DNA from: an uncultured Acidobacteriota bacterium | GTDB taxonomy: Bacteria > Acidobacteriota > Blastocatellia > RBC074 | Reading direction: 5' to 3' | Assembly: GCA_963796275.1 (NCBI GenBank) | Contig: CAWCKY010000006.1 | Location: forward strand, 1,664,001 to 1,728,000 | DNA: 64,000 nt | Shown: positions 19,896 to 30,700 of the stretch, in pieces | Position numbering within the stretch: the first letter of the stretch is position 1 | Layout: each line of letters begins with the position of its first letter | Made by a program: the position numbers and the translations under genes | Notes under the pieces: generated by a model | Seen by the model: only the letters and a program-made list of their open reading frames with translations | Told to the model about the DNA's origin: nothing | Databases searched by the model: none

Positions 19896-22800
19896 CTAGA
19901 ACGTTATTTTTAATCCGAACTGCATCTGGCGCGGATCGCGCGCGTTGAGAATGCGTCCGAATGAAACAGTGGTATTGCATTGGTTGCGAAAGACCGTCGT
20001 GTCCTTGCCGTCAAGTTTCACCAATCTCGATCTGCCCAAACAGTGATCGCCGTAAGTGACCGGTTTATTGCGGGTGACGGTCGCCACGCCCGCCGAGGTC
20101 ACGGTGACCGGCAATCCCTCGCTCGTTACCTCACCGGCGTTATTGCCGAAAGTTGCGTTGGGCGCGATCAGATTGGTGTGGTTGAGGAAATTGAACGCCT
20201 CAACGCGGAACTGAATTTTGATTTTTTCCGTTATCGAAAAATTCTTGAAAATGGAGAGATCGGAGATGAACGCGCCTGGATTGCGGATGCCCGAGAGCGA
20301 ACGCGAAACGTTGCCGTAGGTGTAATCCGGCGGATTGAGAAATGTCGAGGGATCGAACCAGAGCACGCCCAGGTCGTCCGTCGGATTGGTGAGCAGCGCA
20401 TCATTGAACCCATCCGGCACGCGCTGCGGTGAACTCGGCAGGTTCGGCCTGTTCGCCAAGCCATTGGTCGCCCCCCGCACCACGAGCGGTGTTCCTGATA
20501 CGACGGTCGTGACGGTATTGAGCTGCCAATTTCCCACTACTGTATTCAGCAGGGTGTTCTTAAAATCCAACGCCCGGTTGCCGCCGATCGGGAGCTCCCA
20601 CAGACCGCTGAATACAAGCCGGTGCGCCACGTTTGACGGGTCTTCAGCGCGTTCAGCACGCCTGTTGTATCGGCCGTTCTGATAACCGAATTCGCCCGCG
20701 CCTTCCGTCGTAATGAAATTGAGTGGGTTGCTGACGCTGTCGCTGATCAACTTGCCGAATGTATACGAGGCGAGGAAGGCGAAACCTTTTGAGAACCGTT
20801 TCTCGCCGCTCAGCAGCAGCGCGTGATAGATCGAATTGCCCAGCCGCGGATTGCGCACAGTGATATCGCCGATATACGGATATGAGCGCAGCGACTGCGC
20901 GCGCGTGATGGTCGCGCCGCCGAACTGCCCCGGGACTTTCCCGGCATACGGGTTCGGAACCGTCTCGTTCAATCTTCCCTGCAGTCCGAACTGCGCGATG
21001 AGCGCCGGATCGGCCTGATTGAGGTCGTAGCTGCCGGCGAACAGATGCGTACCGTGGTTCCCCGAGTAGCTCGCTTCCACCAGAATCCCGAGCGGCAGTT
21101 GCTGTTGGATCGAGAGGTTCCATTGCTGCGACATCGGAGTCGAGCCCTCAGCTTCTTGATGGTTCGCGCCTGAAGTGGCGAACAGGTTGGGCCCCAGCAG
21201 CGAGCCCTGCGGTTGATTGGGTGCGAACGGGAACCCGTCTTTCAATTTGAAGGCGGAGAAGAATTCATTGCCGTTCGGAGGATTGTAGCTGGTACTCGTC
21301 GAAGCGAAGCCGTTCGTGCTGCCGTAGATGTTGTTGTAAAACGCCCACACCGCCGGGTAGAAGATGCTGTAACCGCCACGCAAGACCGTTTGCTGATTGC
21401 CGAAGAGATCGATCGCGAAGCCGATGCGCGGCGAGAAATCGTCTTTGTCTTCCTTTATCGCAGTGCGCCCGTAATCGAGACAGGCGTATTCGGTGAGTCC
21501 GGGTAACCCGTTGATCGGGTTCGTCGCGAACGGATCGAAGTTCGACGTCCCGCATCGCCGTTCGTAAGGCATTTGCTGATAGTCGAACCGCATACCCAGG
21601 TTGAGCGTCAATCGCCGCGTCGCTTTCCAATCGTCCTGAAAGAAGAAGCTGTAAGACTTGCCCACTTCCGACTCGCCGAGATGCGTCGTCACCGATGCCC
21701 TTCCCACCTCGCCGAGCAGGAAGGTCGCGAATTGATTGCCCGTGTTGGCGGCGCCTCCCGGCGTCTGCGCGGCATTGGTGGTCAGTGGCAACAGGAATTC
21801 GAAGTTGCCCGATGGCGATCCTTTTTGCAGATTGTTCGCCTGGATCAGCCGCAGCTCGGCGCCGAATTTGAAAGAATGATTGCCTCTCAACAACATAATC
21901 GAATCGAACAATTGCCAGACTGTTCCGCCGCGGACGCCTACCACTCCCGAGTTGAAAGCAGGCAGCCCGTTGTTGATCAGCGGAAACGTGTCCGGCGGAA
22001 CGATCGGGGGCAGCCCGAGCTGGCCGGGCCAGTCCTGATCGGCGCTCGCCACCTTGAATTCAAATCTCTGGCGCGCGACCCCGAAGCGGATTGTGTGAAT
22101 AAAGCCGGGTGTGAAGCTGTGAATGTTTTCCAGCACGATGTTATGCCCGCGAAATGGATCGTTGCGCAACCTGACGGTCGGATCCGGATAGAGATTGGTC
22201 AGGCCCATATCGGTGAACTGGCGGTAGAAGGTATAACGAGCCAGGAAGCTGTTCCGCTCGCTTAAACGATGATCCACGCGCGAAGTGTATTGGTTCAGGT
22301 TGCGCTTGTTCGAAACTGCGCCGAAATAGTTATTGAGGTTGCTGAACGGGTTGTCGGGAGCACGGTTCGGCAGCGGATAGAAACGCAGGATGTTTCTCGC
22401 CACCTGATCGATGCGACCTTCGGGGATAATGTTTCCCGGAAACGGATCGCGCAGGAACTGCTGGTTTGCACCGGTCACCGGTCTCGTCGAATCGTAATTC
22501 GGGTTCGGGCGCGTCGTGTCCGGGTTATAGATCGTGATCGGCGTTCCCTGGTCATTACGGAGCTGGGAAAAATCGCCGCGCCGGAATGCCTCCGTCGGCA
22601 TCGTGTAGAAGCCCGATGTGCTGGTAATGAAGCGATACCCTTCGTAATTGAAGAAGAAGAAGCTGCGGTCGCGCCCATCGAAGCCCAGCGGCCCGAAGAC
22701 ATTTGGGGGGAGACGAATGGGTCCGCCGATCGCGCCGCCGAATTGGTGGTAGCGCAGTGGCTGCTTGGGACGGCCGGCGCGATTGTTCGACCATACGTTG

Positions 22801-23630
22801 GCATCGAGCGCGTCATTGCGGAAGAATTCGTAAAGAGCGCCGTGATACAGGTTCGTCCCAGATTTGGTTACCAGGTTGACCACGCCGCCGAGCGTGAATC
22901 CGAATTCCGCGGACATCGTATTCGTCATCACCTTAAACTCCTGAACGGCATCGACGGTCGGGTTGACGTTCACGTCCGGCAGATATGCGTTGACGCTGCT
23001 CAGTCCGTCCACGATGAAGTTGTTGGTGGCGATCGGACTCCCGTTGATCCGGATGGACGAGACCTCGGTGCCCCGATCCGCGAAACCCGTCGCGCGCGGG
23101 CCGACGGCGGATTGAACCGAAGGAGCCAGCATAACGAGCGCGAGCGCATTGCGGCCATTGACCGGCAATTCCTGCACACGCCGGTTTTCGATCACCTTAC
23201 CAAGCGTCGCCGTCGCGGTATCGATGAGCGGCGCCTCTGCCGTCACCTCGACGCTTTCGTTCACGGCGCCAGGCTCGAGCGAAATATTTATTTCGGCTTT
23301 TTGATCGACTTCGATCACGATGCCGCTGTGGACGGCCTTCTTGAATCCATCTTTTGCTATGGTGACCGAGTAGGCGCCGACAATCAGGTTGGGGACGATA
23401 TAAAAACCCTCCGCCCCAGTGACCGCGGTGAATACCAGGTTGGTGTCGATGTTTGTGATCGTTACCTGCGCGCCCGCAATGCTGGCGCCGCCGGCATCGA
23501 TCACCGTCCCCTGGATCGTGCCGCGCCCCTGCTGGGCAAAGGTGGTAAATGTTATGAGCGCCAGGATTGAGATGGTCAAAACGACTATCCTTATTGATGC
23601 CGGCCTATTATGGGGAATGAGGGAGTACAT
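19896..23630 (-). CDS. TonB-dependent receptor, Oar-like with carboxypeptidase-regulatory N-domain
   Basis: Signal peptide, ELPVNGRN, QEFKV, YEFFRND, QDDWK..LTLNLGMRFDY, C-terminal PRQMQFGLKITF. Confidence 0.93.
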   Translation of the reverse strand: MYSLIPHNRPASIRIVVLTISILALITFTTFAQQGRGTIQGTVIDAGGASIAGAQVTITNIDTNLVFTAVTGAEGFYIVPNLIVGAYSVTIAKDGFKKAVHSGIVIEVDQKAEINISLEPGAVNESVEVTAEAPLIDTATATLGKVIENRRVQELPVNGRNALALVMLAPSVQSAVGPRATGFADRGTEVSSIRINGSPIATNNFIVDGLSSVNAYLPDVNVNPTVDAVQEFKVMTNTMSAEFGFTLGGVVNLVTKSGTNLYHGALYEFFRNDALDANVWSNNRAGRPKQPLRYHQFGGAIGGPIRLPPNVFGPLGFDGRDRSFFFFNYEGYRFITSTSGFYTMPTEAFRRGDFSQLRNDQGTPITIYNPDTTRPNPNYDSTRPVTGANQQFLRDPFPGNIIPEGRIDQVARNILRFYPLPNRAPDNPFSNLNNYFGAVSNKRNLNQYTSRVDHRLSERNSFLARYTFYRQFTDMGLTNLYPDPTVRLRNDPFRGHNIVLENIHSFTPGFIHTIRFGVARQRFEFKVASADQDWPGQLGLPPIVPPDTFPLINNGLPAFNSGVVGVRGGTVWQLFDSIMLLRGNHSFKFGAELRLIQANNLQKGSPSGNFEFLLPLTTNAAQTPGGAANTGNQFATFLLGEVGRASVTTHLGESEVGKSYSFFFQDDWKATRRLTLNLGMRFDYQQMPYERRCGTSNFDPFATNPINGLPGLTEYACLDYGRTAIKEDKDDFSPRIGFAIDLFGNQQTVLRGGYSIFYPAVWAFYNNIYGSTNGFASTSTSYNPPNGNEFFSAFKLKDGFPFAPNQPQGSLLGPNLFATSGANHQEAEGSTPMSQQWNLSIQQQLPLGILVEASYSGNHGTHLFAGSYDLNQADPALIAQFGLQGRLNETVPNPYAGKVPGQFGGATITRAQSLRSYPYIGDITVRNPRLGNSIYHALLLSGEKRFSKGFAFLASYTFGKLISDSVSNPLNFITTEGAGEFGYQNGRYNRRAERAEDPSNVAHRLVFSGLWELPIGGNRALDFKNTLLNTVVGNWQLNTVTTVVSGTPLVVRGATNGLANRPNLPSSPQRVPDGFNDALLTNPTDDLGVLWFDPSTFLNPPDYTYGNVSRSLSGIRNPGAFISDLSIFKNFSITEKIKIQFRVEAFNFLNHTNLIAPNATFGNNAGEVTSEGLPVTVTSAGVATVTRNKPVTYGDHCLGRSRLVKLDGKDTTVFRNQCNTTVSFGRILNARDPRQMQFGLKITF

Positions 23631-23744
23631 ATGAAATTCCTTTTAAAGCTGCTCAATTGTTTGAATAAGTGATTGGAAGAAGAGTGAGAATTGTCGCGTC
23701 CGGTTAAAGCTCCAATGGAGCGCAAGAATAAGATGCATTTTCTT

Positions 23745-23895
23745 CGTCGCGTATAGACGGCGTGACGGTAGCCGTGGGTTTCAACCATGTTAACCCCTTG
23801 TCATCAAACTTTTAGGTTTTGGGTATGGACATGGCCACACGCGCTACGCGTTGCTTCACCCTGACTATTATATTTTTCGCCCCTTCAGGGCTCAT
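23745..23895. repeat. REP-like palindromes
   Basis: cgtcgcgtatagacg, tagccgtgggtttcaacc, cgccccttcagggct; same family as 4505-4860. Confidence 0.55.
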
Positions 23896-23924
23896 TTGTG
23901 CGGTGTAGTTAATTGTTCCTGTAG

Positions 23925-24602
23925 TTATCCCTGCCCGATCGACCTTTCGACATCTTCCAGCAGGGAAGCGCCGCCGCGTTTGATGTGTTCGCCTATGGCG
24001 CGCGTCACGGCAACAGCGTCGCGCTTCTCGATCGCCCGGATGATCGCGTTATGCTCGCGCTGCTCCTGGGAGAGTCTTTTGACCCAGTTCTCCGAGCGGT
24101 AGTGAATTCCCGCCACCTGAATCGGAACGCGCAGCCGGTGATACATCTCGATCAACTTCCGATTGCCGGAAAGCTCGACAATCAGGCCGTGGAATTCGAA
24201 ATTCAACGCCAGATGCTGCCCCGCATCGTCCGTCTTCTCCATCTCAGCCATCAAAGTGCGCAATCGCTCGATGTCCATTTTCGCGGCCCGCGCTGCCGCC
24301 AACTCGCCGGCCAGCATCTCGAGCGCGCGACGCACCTCGAATGTCTCCGCCAGTTCGCGCGGATCGACGCGGCTGACAAATGTGCCGCGCTGCGCCTGGA
24401 CGTCGAGCAGACCGTCGGACGCGAGCCGCCCGATAGCCTCTTTGACAGGCATTTTCGATACCTTCAACCGTTCGACCAGTTCTCCCAAATCGAGGCGGTC
24501 TCCCGGAGCAAATCGCCCGGTCAGTATCTCGCCCCGCAGATAATCGTAAATCTGATCGCTCAAGGTGGCCCGATTGATGACGAAGTCGCTCGTTTTTGCC
24601 AT
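23925..24602 (-). CDS. GntR family (FCD) transcriptional regulator
   Basis: TLSDQIYDYLR..VSKMPVKEAI..L wHTH; NFEFH, EQREH FCD motifs. Confidence 0.93.
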   Translation of the reverse strand: MAKTSDFVINRATLSDQIYDYLRGEILTGRFAPGDRLDLGELVERLKVSKMPVKEAIGRLASDGLLDVQAQRGTFVSRVDPRELAETFEVRRALEMLAGELAAARAAKMDIERLRTLMAEMEKTDDAGQHLALNFEFHGLIVELSGNRKLIEMYHRLRVPIQVAGIHYRSENWVKRLSQEQREHNAIIRAIEKRDAVAVTRAIGEHIKRGGASLLEDVERSIGQG

Positions 24603-24922
24603 ATCAGGATATTACTCGCCGAATGAGACTAACATGTTATTTATAGATATGTGAGTAACTAAAATATCAGATGCCGATATGCTATCAGAGCGGAGGGCGG
24701 CCAGCAAGGGATTCGAGATAAAACATCATTCGCCGATGATGCGGAGAATGCTGAGCCGGCGCGGAGGGTGACCGCCCCCTGATCAAGCCTTGGATTATGG
24801 GCGACGAGAATTTATGATGAGGCACATCCCCCGGAACGTATTAAAAACCGATCGACAAACGCGCCTGGCGCGAGTCGATTGGCCGAACCGACCGAACCGA
24901 CCAAATTCTTCGAGCATAGAGT

Positions 24923-26362
24923 ATGTACAAAAGAATCATCCTAACTTCGGCAATGCTGCTTCTGATGCTTCCGCCCGACGCAACCGGCACCCAGACGGGG
25001 CAGCCGGGGCAGACAGGGCAGCTGGCGCAGAAGCGTATCAACGTGCTGATGATCTCAGCCGATGATCTCAACAACGACCTCGGCTGTTACGGACATCCGC
25101 TGGTCAAATCGCCCAACATCGACCGGCTCGCCCGGCGCGGCGTGCGCTTCGATCGCGCTTATAATCAGTTTCCATTGTGCAGTCCGAGCCGCTCATCGTT
25201 GATGACGGGGCGGCTACCCGATGCGACGCGCGTCTATGATCTGGTCAAGCATTTTCGTGAGACGCTGCCCGATGTCGTCACGATGTCGCAGCTCTTCCAG
25301 CGCAACGGCTACTTCGCGGCGCGCGTCGGCAAGATATATCACTACGGCAACCCCGGGCAGATCGGCACTCCCGGCCTCGACGACCCGCCGTCGTGGGAGG
25401 TCGCCGTCAACCCGAAGGGCGTGGACAAGGAAGAAGAGAAAGTGCTGACCAACCACACCCCGCAGCGCGGCCTGGGCAGCTCGCTCTCGTTCTACGCCTC
25501 ACCTGCGCCCGATGAAGAGCACACTGACGGGAAAGTGGCGGCCGAGACGATCAAGCTGCTCGAGGCGAACAGAGATAAGCCGTTCTTCATCGCCGCGGGG
25601 TTCTATCGTCCGCATTGCCCATACATAGCGCCGAAAAAATATTTCGACCTATACCCGTTGGAGAAGATCGCCGCCTCGCCGTTCTCCCCCGAGGAATTGG
25701 CCGATATGCCGCCGGCGGCTCTTTGGATGAGTGAGCCGCATTTCGGCGTGAGCGAACGACAACAACGCGAGGCGATCCAGGCCTATTACGCCTCGATCAG
25801 TTTTCTCGACGCCAACGTGGGCCGCCTGCTTGATGCGCTCGACCGTCTCAAGCTGGCGGACAATACGTTGGTGGTATTCTGGAGCGATCACGGCTACCTG
25901 CTCGGCCAGCACGGGCAGTGGATGAAGCAGAGTCTGTTCGAAGGCTCGGCGCGCGCGCCGTTGATATTTGCCGGACCGTCATCAACGCGGGGCAAATCGT
26001 CCTCGCGCACAGTCGAGTTCGTCGATATTTACCCTACACTCGCCGATCTGTGTGGCCTGGCGGGTGCGCCGAAGGACCTGGCTGGGCGCAGCCTGCGGCC
26101 GCTGCTAAGTAACCCGCGCGCAGCTTGGGACCGACCCGCTCTCACGCAAGTGCGGCGCGGAGGGGCGGGGAATCAGTTTATGGGTTACAGCGTGCGCGAC
26201 GAGCGCTGGCGTTATACTGAGTGGGACGAAGGGCGCCGCGGTGCGGAACTGTACGACGAAGCGAACGATCCGCGCGAGCTGCGCAATCTCGCCGGCGATC
26301 CTGGTCATGCGAAGGTGATAGCGCGAATGAAGCGGCTGCTGCAGGAGGCGAAGACGCGGTAG
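24923..26362 (+). CDS. Secreted formylglycine-dependent sulfatase (iduronate-2-sulfatase-like)
   Basis: NVLMISADD, CSPSR, GKIYH, GFYRPH, SDHG, ELYD..DP.E..N. Confidence 0.93.
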   Translation: MYKRIILTSAMLLLMLPPDATGTQTGQPGQTGQLAQKRINVLMISADDLNNDLGCYGHPLVKSPNIDRLARRGVRFDRAYNQFPLCSPSRSSLMTGRLPDATRVYDLVKHFRETLPDVVTMSQLFQRNGYFAARVGKIYHYGNPGQIGTPGLDDPPSWEVAVNPKGVDKEEEKVLTNHTPQRGLGSSLSFYASPAPDEEHTDGKVAAETIKLLEANRDKPFFIAAGFYRPHCPYIAPKKYFDLYPLEKIAASPFSPEELADMPPAALWMSEPHFGVSERQQREAIQAYYASISFLDANVGRLLDALDRLKLADNTLVVFWSDHGYLLGQHGQWMKQSLFEGSARAPLIFAGPSSTRGKSSSRTVEFVDIYPTLADLCGLAGAPKDLAGRSLRPLLSNPRAAWDRPALTQVRRGGAGNQFMGYSVRDERWRYTEWDEGRRGAELYDEANDPRELRNLAGDPGHAKVIARMKRLLQEAKTR

Positions 26363-26402
26363 ATCGAGTCACAGGCGGAGCCCTACAGGGTCGCTGATCC
26401 TA

Positions 26403-27563
26403 TTAAACCAGCTTACGGAGGAGAGCAAATAACTTTTCGATATCGCTTTCATCATTGTAAAGATGCGGTGCGATGCGAATAGCGTCTCCGCGAATGCTGA
26501 CAAATACCTTGTCCGCCGCCAGGCGCTCGCCGAGTCCTTCCGGGATTCCGTTTGGCAACCTCACTCCGATCATATGATCGACGCGCTCATTCGCGGGCAG
26601 CGATGCGCAACCCAGATTCGCTGCTTCTCTAGCGATTATGCCGGTCAATACCGAAAGCGTTTGCCTGATGTTTTCGATCTTCCATTCGAGAACCTGTTGC
26701 AGCGCGGCAATCGCCATCGGTACCAAAACGAAATTGGGGAACTCTCCCATATCGAACCGGCGCGCGCCCGCTCTGTACTCATCCCTGTACGCGACCAGTC
26801 CGGAGAAATTCTCGCTTTCGGCGCGGGACAACCAGGAGTATTCAATCGGCTTGCCATTCTCCTGCCACCTGGGTGCCGCATATAAATAGCCGAGCGCATA
26901 CGGGCCCAGCAGCCACTTATAACCGACTGAGACGAGAAAATCGGGCCGGATTTTCTCGATATCCAGCGGGTATGCGCCTAAAGACTGGCTGGCATCGACG
27001 ACGAGCGATGCGCCGACCGACCGCGCCTTTTCGCTGACTTTCTCAAGGTCGATCAGACTTCCATCCGTCCAATGGCAGTTCGGAACTGAGACGACAGCAA
27101 CTCTATCATCGATCGCATCGATGATAGACTGCGTCCATCTACCGTCACTCCCTCTTTTGACAGATCGAATGTCGGCATCGCGCTGTCGCGCCAGCTCTCT
27201 CCAGGCGTAATAATTTGACGGGTACTCTTCGTGTAGGAGAACAATAAATTGTCCACGCTCGACCTTAACGTTTGCGGCGGCGATGGAGATGCCGTAACTG
27301 GCGGCTGGGATAAGCGCGATCGAATCGTGGTTTGTGCCGATAACCCTCGCGGCCAACCCTCGCAGCGTCTCAGAGCCTGAGAACCAATCGCCAGATGTGA
27401 TTTTCCATGGAGTCGATTTCGCCGCGACGGAATTGAAGCCGGCAGCAGAAACTGAGCGCAATTGCGGCGACATGTTCGCGCAATTTAGGTAAGTTATTTC
27501 GTCTGGTATCTCAAACAAGTGTCGCTGTAAGGGAAGACCCCTGACAGCAGATTCATGGGACAT
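26403..27563 (-). CDS. Class V PLP-dependent aminotransferase (cysteine desulfurase/lyase-like)
   Basis: YLNCAN, VDASQSLG, GYKWLLGP (PLP Lys), IRIAPHLYN. Confidence 0.9.
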   Translation of the reverse strand: MSHESAVRGLPLQRHLFEIPDEITYLNCANMSPQLRSVSAAGFNSVAAKSTPWKITSGDWFSGSETLRGLAARVIGTNHDSIALIPAASYGISIAAANVKVERGQFIVLLHEEYPSNYYAWRELARQRDADIRSVKRGSDGRWTQSIIDAIDDRVAVVSVPNCHWTDGSLIDLEKVSEKARSVGASLVVDASQSLGAYPLDIEKIRPDFLVSVGYKWLLGPYALGYLYAAPRWQENGKPIEYSWLSRAESENFSGLVAYRDEYRAGARRFDMGEFPNFVLVPMAIAALQQVLEWKIENIRQTLSVLTGIIAREAANLGCASLPANERVDHMIGVRLPNGIPEGLGERLAADKVFVSIRGDAIRIAPHLYNDESDIEKLFALLRKLV

Positions 27564-27742
27564 TTAAACCTCTCTCAAAAACTTAAGATTGACCATCGGC
27601 ATCTAGATTAAAACAAGCAATTTGAGGACACAAACATTGCCACAGAGACGCGGAGAGATAAGCAGACAAGGAGACTCTGCTCAATAGGGTTCTCTATTTA
27701 TCGTCTAGTCGCCTAGTCTGCCTATCTGTATAGCCGTGAGTC

Positions 27743-30700
27743 CTACCACTCGATGCGCAACTGCAGCTGGAACTCGCGCGTGACCGCCGAATCGAATTTC
27801 GCATTGCGATCGATCGTTGCAGTTACGGCACCGGCATTTATGCCTGACGTGATGTTTAAGTTCGGTGTAGCCAAAGCCCAGTTCGGATGGTTGAAGAGGT
27901 TGGTCGAGAGGACCTCCAGCTTGATGCGTAAGCGCTCGCGTAAGATGAAGTTCTTCGCCAGGCTCGCATGAAAGACATTGATCGGCGGACCGATGATGAC
28001 GCCCTTTGCCGAGGTCCCGAAGCGCCCGATGGGAGGCGCGCCAAACGCTCCGATATCGAACCAGCGTGATACCGTAGCGTTGTCCAGGTTGGGATCGCGC
28101 AGCTGGTCGGGACGCAGCGTGACGACAGCACGCTGTCCAGGATTGGCGAAGCGCGTGCCTGTTGGATCATCCCCAGTCCACGCGGGCGTGAGGAAATTTC
28201 CTCGCTCGTAGTTGTAGATGCCGCTCAACAGCCAACCGCCAAGCATTCCTTCGGCGAGCCAGTTTGCGTTGTTCATCCATCTCCGCCCTCTGCCGAATGG
28301 CGCTTCGACGATCGTATTCGCGCTGAAGCGGTGTGTCGGCAGAGAACCCCAGGCAGCGCGCTCGCGCCTGCGGTCGTAAGCGTTTTCCGGCGATTCGTTG
28401 TGTTCCATGTCGCCGATGTCGCGTGCGAATGTGTAATACGCCTGCCACGCTAATCCCTTCTTCATGCGGCGCTCAACTTCAAATGAGACGCCGTGATATT
28501 GGTGCCCGGAACCGTTGTCTCCGAATTGTATGCCCGGGTAGTTCGGAAACGGGCGCGGTTTGGCGCTATAAATGCGCTCGTCAGCCACCGGTTGATTGAC
28601 GTCGCGCCGATATATGCCCTGCCGCGTATTGGTGCTGGTGTATGTGGCGCGGAAGCCCATGTCCCACCGCTGGTGCTCGACTGTCAATGTGAACTGCCCC
28701 GTGAACGGCAGGCGTAAATCCTTGCGGCTCGCGCGAGGAATCGAGATCGCCGCCGGTCCAGCCACCGATGTCGGAAAGACGAAGGGAAGCACGATCGGGT
28801 TTTCACCAATGTTATTGTTGGTGAAGTCCGGCTCCGCGATCAGGAAGGGCACGGTCGCGCCGAGCACCGGGTCGGGCGGCGCGTTGTCGTAGTATATCCC
28901 CGCCCCGGCGCGCAACACTGTATTGTTGTTGAATGGGCGCCACGCTATTCCCAGGCGCGGCGCGAAGTTATTTTTATCGGTCTCGATCAGCGAGTCCGGA
29001 TAGCCGGCCTGCCCCGCTTCCAGGACTTTTATGTAGTTGGCCGGCAGCAGCGGGCTAACGAGTTTAAGCGACCCGTTCGGTACGACGATGCTCGACGTGG
29101 CCGGATCGAAGAGCGCCGCGCGCCCATTTGCGTCTTTGGGAATCGCAAAGAGCTGATGACGCAGTCCGGCAGTGACGGTGAGCCGCGGCGTCGCCTTCCA
29201 TTCATCGCTGACATAGCTCGCAAACGTGCGAATGCGCCGTTCCAGCGGTATGGTGGGAAAGTTTCGCGCGGTCGAGTTCGGGAGGCCCAGCAGGAAGTCG
29301 GCATAAGGGAAACCCGTGTAACGGTTGGTGAATGTCACGCTGCCGAAGAGGTTGGCGGATTGTCTGAAGTCGTCTGTATGGCCCCAGCGCGTCTCGCCGC
29401 CCATCTTGATCGTGTGTGTGCCGCGCGTCCAGGTCAGGTTGTCGGTGAGCTGAATCACGCGGTCTTTGAAGCACGGGTCGCAGGTATCCTGGAACCCGAT
29501 GGCGGAAACCCCCAAACCGACGAAGCCGATGCGCAGGCCGCCGCCGACATCTGGTAAATCGTCCGCTAGGCCTCTCAAACCGAGTTCTTGCGCGAGCGCC
29601 TTGCCCTTGATGCGAGACTCGATCGGCGAGTGATCCGATGATAATCCCCAACGCACTTCGTTGACGATATTATGCTTGATAGTCTGCGTATAGGAGACCA
29701 GCCACGAGCGTAGGTCGCGCGTGCGGCGGAACTGCTCGGTCAGGAGCGGACTCGACTCGAATCCCGGGATATTCCAGTAAACTCCGATAAAACGTCCATA
29801 AACGAATGCCTTTTCGCTGAATCGATGATCGAGCCGCACCGTGAGCTGTGGTTGATGCGAGAAGGTGCCGGTCCGGTTTTCGCGATAGTTTTGCGACTCC
29901 AGTACATTCCGGTTGCCGAAGTTCGGCAGCGCGTAAAACATCTCCTGAAGTCTGAGCGAGGTGCTATTGAGGCGATCGATGGGAATCCGATTGTCCTGAA
30001 ACGGAGCATTAGTCACCGGATCTTTGACGACAATCAGATTTCCTTGCGCGTCTCGGAGGTTCGAGAAGTTGCCCTGCCGCCATTCCTCGAGCGGCGCGGT
30101 CTGTGTTCTTAACGCCGTGCCCGCACTGCCCGCGCTCATTTCGAGCGTGGCGAAGAAAAAGGTCTTGTTGCGCCCGTTGTAGATTTTAGGAATGATGATC
30201 GGCCCGCCCGCCGCGAAGGTCAGCCGGTGACCGATGCCCGTCCCTCGTGCCAGCGCAAATGGGTTGCGCGCCCGCATGAACGGCGATCCGTAGTAGTCCG
30301 AAAAAGTCCCATGAAAATCGTTATTGCCCGCGCGCGTCGTCAGCGTGACACCGCCAGGCGTCCCGTATTCGGCGCTATTGCCCGATACTTCGACGCGCAT
30401 CTCCTGGAGGTTCTCCGAGCGATCCATCAGTGGACCGAAAGCGAATCCGCCGCCCGGCGGTGTGACGGTGATGCCGTCAATATTGGCTTCAGACTGGTTC
30501 GAGCGCGATCCGGCAAGACTGAGGTTGAAGCCCGTCGTCGTGCGGTTGACCTGAGGCGTGAGCGTGAAATAGTCCCACGCGCGGCGCAGAGTGAGCGGGA
30601 GCGCGCGCAACTGCTCGCGCTCTTTCACATCGGCGACACGCGCCGTCTCGGTCTCGATCAGGGTCGCGCCGCCCGCCGAGATATCCACGGTGTTGGTGAC

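Noticed and set aside
22269-23570. Long antisense ORFs (also 135..1184, 31888..32928, 38005..39018, 55682..57133)
   Set aside because: Shadow frames of GC-rich genes; the opposite strand has clear family motifs
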